From contig NC_007494.2 of assembly GCF_000012905.2 (NCBI RefSeq), positions 780,001-812,000 of the forward strand: a stretch of DNA of 32,000 bases. The letters are read 5' to 3'. Below, piece by piece: positions 25,436-32,000 of the stretch. Position numbers and translations under genes: made by a program. Every line of letters begins with the position of its first letter. Positions within the stretch are counted from its first letter, which is position 1. Source of the stretch: Cereibacter sphaeroides 2.4.1. GTDB lineage: Bacteria; Pseudomonadota; Alphaproteobacteria; Rhodobacterales; Rhodobacteraceae. Under the pieces are notes generated by a model. That model was not told the origin of the DNA and did no database searches. It worked only from the letters and a program-made list of their open reading frames with translations.

Positions 25436-26059
25436 ATGAAGCGTGGAACCCTCTCGGCCCTGACGGATCAGGAACCTCTGTTCCGTGATCTGGCTCCGGC
25501 CGGCTGCTATGTGGCGCTGAGGGTGGGGTTCCTCGCGCCAGAGGACGAATGCAACTTCTTTCCGTCGTCCTGGATCCGCCACTACACGGTTCAGGCCTTC
25601 GGCCTGCGCGATCCGCTGATCCGCTGGGCGGCCTCCGCAAACGGGGCCGCGCGCTGGAGCGCCGTCCATCTGCCCGACGAGGCGGGGGTGCTCGCCGCCT
25701 ACCGCCGTCATGGGCTGCGCTTCGGTTGCGTGATCGGCCTGCCCGCCCGCACCGCCCGCAGCCGCAAGCGGAGCTTCGGCCTCTTCGCCCGCAACGACCG
25801 CGAGATGACCAACCACGAGATCGCGACGCTCCGCGCGACACTGGCCGAGCTTCATGCCCCGAACCGCGACGCGCTCACCCCCAGTCAGGCGGAGGTCCTG
25901 CGGATGCTGAGCGAGGGCGTGCGCTACAAGGAGATCGCGCACCGTCTGGGCATCACCGAAGGCGCGGTGAAGGCCCGCTTCAAGGCCGCCTGCGATCGCC
26001 TGGGCGCCCGGACCGCGGTGCAGGCCGCCAACATCGCCCAGCGCCGCGGGCTGCTCTGA
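25436..26059 (+). CDS. LuxR-family quorum-sensing-type regulator (autoinducer-binding domain plus LuxR HTH)
   Basis: The N-terminal domain carries W-x3-Y-x8-DP-x13-W (WIRHYTVQAFGLRDPLIRWAASANGAARW, nt 25571-25657). The C-terminal part is LTPSQAEVLRMLSEGVRYKEIAHRLGITEGAVKARFKAACDRLG. The start is uncertain, with in-frame ATGs at 25364, 25379 and 25436. Confidence 0.8.
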   Translation: MKRGTLSALTDQEPLFRDLAPAGCYVALRVGFLAPEDECNFFPSSWIRHYTVQAFGLRDPLIRWAASANGAARWSAVHLPDEAGVLAAYRRHGLRFGCVIGLPARTARSRKRSFGLFARNDREMTNHEIATLRATLAELHAPNRDALTPSQAEVLRMLSEGVRYKEIAHRLGITEGAVKARFKAACDRLGARTAVQAANIAQRRGLL

Positions 26060-26161
26060 CCGCTGCGGGCGGGCCGCGCGCTCCGCGCGCCGCAACGTCG
26101 CGCGGAACAGGCCGGCCGGCCTCACGTTGATCCGGCTCATTCAGATTGAAAGGGCCTTTCG

Positions 26162-26608
26162 ATGAGTAACCAGTCCTATACCCCCGATACCGCCGCGGCC
26201 GACGCGCTCGAGACGCTGCATGACCGCACCGTCGACGTGCTCGCAGGCTTCGACACGATGGTGGAGAAGGCGGAGCCCGAGTTCCTTCCGCTCGCCCGCC
26301 GGTTCCAGGAGCTGCATCGCCGCCAGTCCTCCGAGATCGCGGCGCTTCTGTCGGTTGCCGGCCGGAGCCCCGGGGACGACGGCACCTTCATGTCCACCGT
26401 GAACCGCGCCGTGGTTTCGCTGCGGGCGATCTTCGACAAGATCGACGAGGATGTGATCCAGCAGATCGAAAGCGGCGAACAGAACGTCATCGACGCCTTC
26501 GACGAAGCGATTGCCCAACCGCAACCGCCCGAGGTCGCGACGAAGCTGAGCGAACTTCGCCAGGAACTGGTGCGGCTGCTCGAGGAGGCGCGCGCGGCCA
26601 CGTCCTGA
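26162..26608 (+). CDS. PA2169/DUF2383-like four-helix-bundle (ferritin-like) protein
   Basis: 148-aa all-helical acidic protein with AAAGGG 8 nt before ATG 26162. Pattern: LETLHDRTVDVLAGFDTMVEKAE...FQELHRRQSSEIAALL...IESGEQNVIDAFDEAI. The family call is by resemblance only. Confidence 0.6.
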   Translation: MSNQSYTPDTAAADALETLHDRTVDVLAGFDTMVEKAEPEFLPLARRFQELHRRQSSEIAALLSVAGRSPGDDGTFMSTVNRAVVSLRAIFDKIDEDVIQQIESGEQNVIDAFDEAIAQPQPPEVATKLSELRQELVRLLEEARAATS

Positions 26609-26630
26609 CGAGGCCCCGACCGGCGGCACC

Positions 26631-26718
26631 TAGAGACCTAGAGACCTAGAGACCTAGAGACCTAGAGACCTAGAGACCTAGAGACCTAGAGACCTAGAGA
26701 CCTAGAGACCTAGAGACC
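26631..26718. repeat. Perfect octanucleotide microsatellite, (TAGAGACC) x 11
   Basis: I counted unit by unit from 26631 to 26718 and found no mismatch. A partial ACC precedes it at 26628-26630. It is intergenic and gives stop codons in all six frames. Confidence 0.97.
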
Positions 26719-26844
26719 TGAGGAAGGCCCTCGCGGTCCCTGCGTCAATATGCAGGGGCGCGGCCGGGTTCAGCACGGTCGCCGGACTGCTAGGATGGAC
26801 ACCGGTCTCGGAACGGAGGCCGGTGTTCTGTATGGGTAAGCGGT

Positions 26845-27216
26845 ATGGCGCGTTGGACGATCGGGCTCGCGGCCGGAGCATTGGTCGCGCTTCTGGCTCA
26901 CGGGGCCGGAGCGCAGGAGGATCCGGCAACAGCAGCCGGTGCGGATGCTCTGCCGGAAAGCGCAGTGGTGCGAGGGGCGGATCGCGAAGCCGGGCCAACA
27001 GTGGGCCTGCCCGATGAGGCCACGGCCAACGCGGCCGATCTCACATCCGGCGCGCCGGGGACGGCGGACGCCGCGGCGGACGAAAAGCTCGAGGATCCGG
27101 CGGCCACCGACGCGTCGCCGCGTCGAACCCTCGCCGTCGGGCTGGCCGTGGCGCTGGCGTCCCTTCTGCTGCTCATGGGCCTTCAGGCACGCAGTATCCC
27201 GCAGCGTCGGCGCTGA
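26845..27216 (+). CDS. Small secreted acidic Ala/Asp/Pro-rich protein with a C-terminal TM helix and Arg tail (sorting-signal-like)
   Basis: Signal peptide: MARWTIGLAAGALVALLAHGAGA/QED. Low-complexity acidic middle. C-terminus: TLAVGLAVALASLLLLMGLQARSIPQRRR-stop. The RBS is weak. Third codon positions are moderately G/C-rich. Confidence 0.5.
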   Translation: MARWTIGLAAGALVALLAHGAGAQEDPATAAGADALPESAVVRGADREAGPTVGLPDEATANAADLTSGAPGTADAAADEKLEDPAATDASPRRTLAVGLAVALASLLLLMGLQARSIPQRRR

Positions 27217-27546
27217 GCTTCTGACCGGGCGGCCGGACACGCGCCCCGGGAGACAGAGGCCGCGGCCGGCACTTCCGGGACCACACAGCGACGCGGACGG
27301 TGGAGGCTGGCTCGCGCCATCGGCTGCAGGCGGCGACCGGCACGATCCGGTGCACATAGCCTCCGCACCGCCTCCCTGCCCGGCGCGACGCAGCTGATCC
27401 TGACCCTTGCGCGCCATGCGCCGAGACCCCTCAGGACATTTTCACGAACCGACAGCGCAGGAGGCAGAACGACCGGAAATCGGTCATCGCCCCTCCCGGA
27501 CCTGAATGGCGCTTTACAGCAGCGGGAGATTCGGCCTAGCGTTCAG

Positions 27547-27573
27547 ATAAACCAGTTTACTAAACCGATTTAC
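27547..27573. promoter_or_regulatory. Two adjacent LacI-type operator-like palindromes upstream of the LacI-family gene
   Basis: ATAAACCAGTTTAC (27547-27560) and CTAAACCGATTTAC (27560-27573). Each matches the ideal palindrome GTAAACCGGTTTAC at 12 of 14 positions. The second has the central CG typical of LacI-family operators. The pair ends 31 nt before ATG 27605, in an AT-rich patch. Confidence 0.55.
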
Positions 27574-27604
27574 TTCGGGATCGGGATCATCTGGACGAGG
27601 TAGA

Positions 27605-28645
27605 ATGGCCAATCTTCAGGATGTGGCGCGGGCGGCGAACGTGTCGAAGACGACCGTTTCGCGCTATCTGAACGGCTCGCTCGAGCTGCCTGCGCGCACG
27701 GCCGAGGCCATCGACACGGCCATCCGCACCCTGAACTACAGCCCCAATCCCCATGCCCGGCGGCTGAGCCTCGGACGGTCGGATACGATCGCGCTCGTGG
27801 TGCCCGACATTGCCACGCCCTTCTTCGCCACCTTCGTGGCGGCGGTCGAGGCCGAGGCCGATGCGCGGGGCCTGTCGCTCGCGCTGCATGCCACGCTGAA
27901 CCGCCCCGACCGCGAACTCAAATATCTCGATCATATCCGGCAGGGCCATGCCGACGGGCTGATCTTCATCACCAACCATGCGGGCTCGCGGGCACTGGCC
28001 GAGAAGGTCAACAGCGGCGGTCCCTGCGTGGTGGTGGACGAGGACATCGCCGAGGCACGGGTGCCGAAACTCTTCTGCGACAATGCCGAGGGCGGGCGGC
28101 TTGCGGGCCGCCGGCTCGCCCGCGCGGGCCACCGCCATGTGCTCTTCATCGGCGGCGTCGACCAGATGATCTCGGGCGCGCGCCGCTATGCGGGCTTCCT
28201 CGAGGGGATGCGCGAGATCGCAGGCCCGGACGTGCGCATCGAACGCTCCTGCGGGCCCTACACGTTCGAGGCGGGACGCGCCGCGGCGCAGGCCTTCGTC
28301 GCCCGCGGGCCGGACCGCCCCACCGCGATCTTCGCCACCTCGGATGAGCTCACCATCGGGCTCTACGAGGTGCTCCGCGAGGCGGGCCTGTCGATCCCGC
28401 GCGACGTCTCCGTCGTGGGCTTCGACGATGTGGGCCCGCTCCATCTTTTCGCACCGGCCGTGACAGCGGTGCGGCAACCGGTTCGGGATCTGGGCAGGCG
28501 CGCCCTCGAGCTGCTGCTCGCCCCCCCGCCGGTCGACCCCGAAAGGCTCCCGCCAGAGGAGCTGCTTCCTGTCACGCTGATCGAGCGGGAGTCCGTTGCA
28601 CCGCCGGTCGGACAGACCAGACGCAACACAAACAGCGAGGATTGA
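27605..28645 (+). CDS. LacI-family transcriptional regulator
   Basis: N-terminal HTH: MANLQDVARAANVSKTTVSRYLNG. Periplasmic-binding-protein-like effector domain: ALVVPDIATPFF...VVGFDD. Confidence 0.9.
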   Translation: MANLQDVARAANVSKTTVSRYLNGSLELPARTAEAIDTAIRTLNYSPNPHARRLSLGRSDTIALVVPDIATPFFATFVAAVEAEADARGLSLALHATLNRPDRELKYLDHIRQGHADGLIFITNHAGSRALAEKVNSGGPCVVVDEDIAEARVPKLFCDNAEGGRLAGRRLARAGHRHVLFIGGVDQMISGARRYAGFLEGMREIAGPDVRIERSCGPYTFEAGRAAAQAFVARGPDRPTAIFATSDELTIGLYEVLREAGLSIPRDVSVVGFDDVGPLHLFAPAVTAVRQPVRDLGRRALELLLAPPPVDPERLPPEELLPVTLIERESVAPPVGQTRRNTNSED

Positions 28646-28647
28646 CC

Positions 28648-29580
28648 ATGACCCCCCACTTCACCCGCCGTGCCCTCGGCGCCCTGCTGACCTCGAGCCT
28701 GCTCGGCGCCGCGGCCCTGCCCGCCTTCGCGCAGGAGCAGAAAACCGTGGCGCTGGTCCAGATCAACCAGCAGGCCCTGTTCTTCAACGAGATGAATCGC
28801 GGCGCGCAGGAAGCGGCCGACAAGGCGGGCGTCAAGCTCGTCATCTTCAATGCGAACAACGACTCGGCCGCGCAGAACAGCGCGATCGAGACCTACATCC
28901 AGGAAGGCGTGGACGGTCTCGCGGTGGTGGCCATCGACGTGAACGGCATCATGCCCGCCGTCCAGCAGGCGGCCGATGCAGGCATCCCCGTGGTGGCCAT
29001 CGACGCGATCCTGCCCGAGGGGCCGCAGAAGGCGCAGATCGGCGTGGACAATGCCAAGGCCGGCGCCGACCTCGCGGCGCATTACAACGAGACCATGGCC
29101 GAGCCCTCGAAGCTCGGGATCGTCGGCGCGCTCAACTCCTACATCCAGAACGTCCGCAAGGACGGGTTCGAGCAGGCGCTGGACGACAAGGTGACGGTCG
29201 TGGGCACGGTCGACGGCCAGAACATCCAGGACGTGGCGCTGGGGGCGGCCGAGAACCTCATCACCGCCAACCCCGACCTGAGCGCGATCTATGCCACGGG
29301 CGAGCCCGCGCTGATGGGGGCCATCGCCGGCGTGGCCAGTCAGGGCAAGCAGGCCGATGTCTCGATCTTCGGCTGGGACCTGACCGCGCAGGCCATCGAC
29401 GCCATCGACGAGGGCTATCTCAAGGCCGTGATCCAGCAGGATCCGGCAGCGATGGGCGCGGCGGCGGTCGAGGCGCTGGTGACGCTCGCGGACGGCGGCG
29501 AGGTCGACAAGACCATCTCGGTGCCCGTGACCATCGTCACCAAGGACAATGTCGACGGCTTCCGGGCGCTCTTTAAATGA
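28648..29580 (+). CDS. Sugar ABC transporter substrate-binding protein (RbsB-like, CUT2 type)
   Basis: GAGGA lies 7 nt before ATG 28648. Tat-like/Sec signal: MTPHFTRRALGALLTSSLLGAAALPAFA/QE. The mature protein reads KTVALVQINQQALFFNEMNRGAQEAADKAGVKLVIFNANND... Confidence 0.9.
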   Translation: MTPHFTRRALGALLTSSLLGAAALPAFAQEQKTVALVQINQQALFFNEMNRGAQEAADKAGVKLVIFNANNDSAAQNSAIETYIQEGVDGLAVVAIDVNGIMPAVQQAADAGIPVVAIDAILPEGPQKAQIGVDNAKAGADLAAHYNETMAEPSKLGIVGALNSYIQNVRKDGFEQALDDKVTVVGTVDGQNIQDVALGAAENLITANPDLSAIYATGEPALMGAIAGVASQGKQADVSIFGWDLTAQAIDAIDEGYLKAVIQQDPAAMGAAAVEALVTLADGGEVDKTISVPVTIVTKDNVDGFRALFK

Positions 29581-30362
29581 GGACGGCGCCCTCCGCACCC
29601 GAGGAAGAGAGGGGGGTACCCCCCCTCTCCGCAGCCCCGATCCTGTCGCTGCGCAACATCCACAAGACCTTCGGCTCGCATCAGGCCCTGCGCGGGGTCG
29701 ATCTCGACATCCGTCCGGGCGAGTGCCTGGGCCTCATCGGCGACAATGCGGCGGGCAAGTCCACCCTCTCGAAGGTGATCTCGGGCACCTACATCCCCGA
29801 CGAGGGCGAGATCACCATGGAGGGCAAGCCCGTCCGCTTCGCGACCCCCTCCGAGGCGCGCGCGCTCAACATCGAGATGGTCTATCAGGACCTCGCGCTC
29901 TGCGACCATGTGGATGTGGTGGGCAACCTCTTTCTCGGGCGCGAGCTGAAGCGCGGGCCGTTCCTCGATCAGAAGCGGATGCTGGCCGAGGCCGAGCGGA
30001 TGCTGGCCGCGCTCGAGATCCGCATCCCGCGCCTCACCGCCAAGGTCGAGAAGCTCTCGGGCGGCCAGCGGCAGGCCATCGCCATCGCCCGCGCGGCGAG
30101 CTTCGAGCCGAAGGTCCTGCTGATGGACGAGCCCACCTCTGCCCTCGCCGTGGCCGAGGTCGAGGCGGTGCTGGGCCTCATCAACCGGGTGAAGGCGCGG
30201 GGCGTGGCCGTCGTGCTCGTCACCCACCGGATGCAGGATCTGTTCCGCGTCTGCGACCGCGTGGCGGTCATGTACGAGGGCACCAAGGTGGCCGAGCGCG
30301 CCATCGCCGACACCAACCTGCAGGAACTCGTCGATCTCATCGTCGGCAAGGGAGGCCACTGA
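29577..30362 (+). CDS. Sugar ABC transporter ATP-binding protein, single nucleotide-binding domain (261 aa)
   Basis: The ATG overlaps the previous stop (ATGA at 29577-29580). Walker A GDNAAGKST, signature LSGGQRQA, Walker B VLLMDEPTSAL, H-loop LVTHR. There is a ~20-aa Pro/Glu-rich N-terminal extension. Confidence 0.9.
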   Translation: MRTAPSAPEEERGVPPLSAAPILSLRNIHKTFGSHQALRGVDLDIRPGECLGLIGDNAAGKSTLSKVISGTYIPDEGEITMEGKPVRFATPSEARALNIEMVYQDLALCDHVDVVGNLFLGRELKRGPFLDQKRMLAEAERMLAALEIRIPRLTAKVEKLSGGQRQAIAIARAASFEPKVLLMDEPTSALAVAEVEAVLGLINRVKARGVAVVLVTHRMQDLFRVCDRVAVMYEGTKVAERAIADTNLQELVDLIVGKGGH

Positions 30363-31366
30363 TGGCGACCTACACCGAGCGCCAGGCCGGCTCGCGGCTG
30401 GCCGACTTCATCGGGGACCATGCGCAGGTCCTGTCGATCGCGCTGTTCTTCGCGCTCTGTCTGCTGTTCTTCGGCGCCATGACCACCACCTTCCTCACCT
30501 CGGGCAACCTGCTCAACGTGGTGCGACAGGCGGCGCCCATCCTGATCGTGGCCGTGGCCATGACCCTCGTCATCACGACCGCCGGGATCGACCTGTCGGT
30601 GGGCTCGATGGTGGCGCTCATCAACGCGCTCGCGGCCATCGTCATGGCAAGCGGGCTCGACTGGACCCTGACCCTGCCGCTGATGCTGGTCGCCGGCGCG
30701 CTGATCGGCGGGATCCAGGGCTGGTTCATCGCCTATCAGGGCATTCCGGCCTTCATCGTGACGCTCGCAGGCCTCTCGATCCTGCGCGGCTTCGCGCTCT
30801 ACCTGACCGAGGGCTATTCGATCCCGATCCGCGACGCGGCGGGCTTCTTCTGGCTCGGCCGCGGCGAGGTGCTGGGCTTCCCCGTGCCCGCCCTGATCGC
30901 GATCCTGATCGCCGTGCTGGGCTTCGTCGTCATGCTGCGCACCCAGTATGGCCGGCAGGTGATCGCCGTCGGCTCGAACATGGAGGCCGCGCGCCGGGTG
31001 GGGATGCCCGCCAAGCGCGTGCTGGCCTCGGTCTATGTCGTCTCGGGCGTGGCGAGCGCGGTGGCGGGCATGCTGATCGCCGCCCGCCTCGGCTCGGGCT
31101 CGTCCAACGCGGCACAGGGCTTCGAGCTGCAGGTGATCGCGGCCGTCGTGCTGGGGGGCACCTCGCTCATGGGCGGCAAGGCCTCGATGCTGGGCACCGT
31201 CCTCGGCACCATGACCATCGCCGTCATCGGCAACGGGCTGATCCTCATGCATATCTCGCCCTTCTTCACCCAGATCGTCACAGGCACCATCATCCTCGTC
31301 GCCATCTGGATGAACACGCGGCTCTTCGATCGCCCCTGGCGCTTCGGACGGAGGAAACCGGCATGA
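30362..31366 (+). CDS. Sugar ABC transporter permease (RbsC/BPD_transp_2 type)
   Basis: Its ATG (30362-30364) overlaps the previous stop as TGATG. Starts MATYTERQAGSRLADFIGDHAQVLSIALFF. Family motif: TAGIDLSVGSMVAL. About 8-10 hydrophobic segments. The 605-aa track ORF is an upstream over-extension. Confidence 0.9.
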   Translation: MATYTERQAGSRLADFIGDHAQVLSIALFFALCLLFFGAMTTTFLTSGNLLNVVRQAAPILIVAVAMTLVITTAGIDLSVGSMVALINALAAIVMASGLDWTLTLPLMLVAGALIGGIQGWFIAYQGIPAFIVTLAGLSILRGFALYLTEGYSIPIRDAAGFFWLGRGEVLGFPVPALIAILIAVLGFVVMLRTQYGRQVIAVGSNMEAARRVGMPAKRVLASVYVVSGVASAVAGMLIAARLGSGSSNAAQGFELQVIAAVVLGGTSLMGGKASMLGTVLGTMTIAVIGNGLILMHISPFFTQIVTGTIILVAIWMNTRLFDRPWRFGRRKPA

Positions 31367-32000
31367 GCGAGCTTTCTCCCTGCCACGTCCGCTCGGGCCG
31401 GATCATGACGGTGGACGGGCCGATCCCGTCCTCCGCCCTCGGCCACACGCTGATGCACGAGCATCTGCAGAACGACTGCCGCTGCTGGTGGAACCCGCCG
31501 CAGGAGCCCGAGCGCCAGTATCTGGCCGAGGCGCCGATCAGCATCGAGATCCTGTCCGAACTCCGGCAGGACCCGTTCGTGAACAAGCACAACATCGCGC
31601 TCGACGATCTGGATCTGGCCATCGCCGAGGTAAAGCAGTTCGCCGCGGTGGGCGGGCGAAGCATCGTCGATCCGACCTGCCGCGGCATCGGGCGCGATCC
31701 GGTGAAGCTGCGCCGGATCTCGGCCGAGACCGGCGTGCAGGTGGTGATGGGGGCGGGCTACTATCTCGCAAGCTCCATGCCCGAGACCGCGGCGCGGCTC
31801 TCGGCCGATGACATTGCCGACGAGATCGTGGCCGAGGCGCTGGAGGGCACCGACGGGACCGATGCGCGCATCGGGCTGATCGGCGAGATCGGCGTTTCCT
31901 CGGACTTCACGGCCGAGGAGGAGAAGTCGCTCCGCGGCGCGGCCCGGGCGCAGGTCCGCACCGGCCTGCCGCTCATGGTGCATCTGCCGGGCTGGTTCCG
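31363..32000 (+). CDS. Phosphotriesterase-related protein (amidohydrolase superfamily, PTE/PHP-like; probable lactonase), 3'-truncated by the window edge
   Basis: This gene is absent from the supplied ORF track because no stop lies in the window. I translated it by hand. GGAGGA lies 7 nt before ATG 31363, which overlaps the permease stop (ATGA). The product reads MSELSPCHVRSGRIMTVDGPIPSSALGHTLMHEHL (HxH metal motif) ...GGRSIVDPT...VVMGAGYY...IGEIG...LMVHLPGWF. Confidence 0.8.
   Translation, partial: MSELSPCHVRSGRIMTVDGPIPSSALGHTLMHEHLQNDCRCWWNPPQEPERQYLAEAPISIEILSELRQDPFVNKHNIALDDLDLAIAEVKQFAAVGGRSIVDPTCRGIGRDPVKLRRISAETGVQVVMGAGYYLASSMPETAARLSADDIADEIVAEALEGTDGTDARIGLIGEIGVSSDFTAEEEKSLRGAARAQVRTGLPLMVHLPGWF

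Noticed and set aside
24660-25841. 393-aa minus-strand ORF covering the gap and the LuxR gene
   Set aside because: Its upstream half is antisense to the well-supported LuxR gene. The downstream part (from ATG 25304) has low third-position GC, low complexity, and a 146-nt convergent overlap. I reported it only as an uncertain region.
26631-26718. Possible CRISPR array
   Set aside because: The units are only 8 bp, are directly abutting and have no spacers. This is a microsatellite and not a repeat-spacer array. No cas genes are present.
26770-27417. 215-aa minus-strand ORF opposite the small secreted-protein gene and the downstream spacer
   Set aside because: The product is Arg/Gly/Pro-rich nonsense. 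The plus strand has signal-peptide and TM features.
28363-31983. Minus-strand ORFs 28363-29598, 29415-30359, 29969-31252 and 31033-31983
   Set aside because: All are antisense to the translationally coupled LacI/ABC/PTE-like operon, whose plus-strand products carry clear family motifs.

Overview
The window is very GC-rich, with alphaproteobacterial (Rhodobacteraceae-like) codon usage. I cannot verify the taxon from sequence alone. I saw no rRNA, tRNA, CRISPR array, transposase or integrase.

Gene content in order:
1. Bases 1-5322 hold the 3' part of a giant cell-surface protein, cut by the window edge. It is built from 11 exactly phased 384-bp (128-aa) DUF11-type repeats.
2. Bases 5336-8854 encode an ~1170-aa outer-membrane beta-barrel protein, 13 nt downstream of the giant gene.
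3. Bases 9173-15900 carry a minus-strand catabolic/transport operon: GntR regulator, HSL-type esterase, CUT1 solute-binding protein, two permeases, a xylose-isomerase-like TIM-barrel enzyme and a Gfo/Idh/MocA oxidoreductase. Its ATPase (16027-17106) is transcribed divergently across an AT-rich promoter that carries three 18-bp-phased TATTGATAAT repeats.
4. Bases 17107-17838 are a 730-bp non-coding stretch with three 68-bp tandem repeats. A siderophore-interacting-protein gene follows.
5. An isolated CgeB-like glycosyltransferase gene sits between two non-coding gaps.
6. A TetR regulator is divergent from a two-domain FMN/FAD flavoenzyme.
7. A loosely packed accessory-looking block follows. It contains a small membrane protein, a FemAB-like tandem-GNAT protein, ~0.6 kb with no convincing gene, a LuxR-type regulator with canonical AHL-pocket residue spacing and no LuxI nearby, a PA2169-like four-helix-bundle protein, a perfect 11-copy octanucleotide microsatellite (TAGAGACC), and a small secreted protein with a sorting-signal-like C-terminus.
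8. A translationally coupled LacI / CUT2 sugar ABC transporter / phosphotriesterase-like operon runs off the 3' edge.

Most long ORFs in the six-frame track are antisense or alternative-frame artefacts of the high GC content. The most unusual items are the microsatellite next to the LuxR/FemAB-like/sorting-signal genes, and the giant-repeat-protein/large-OMP pair. All family assignments come from motif recognition in the translations. No database search was run.
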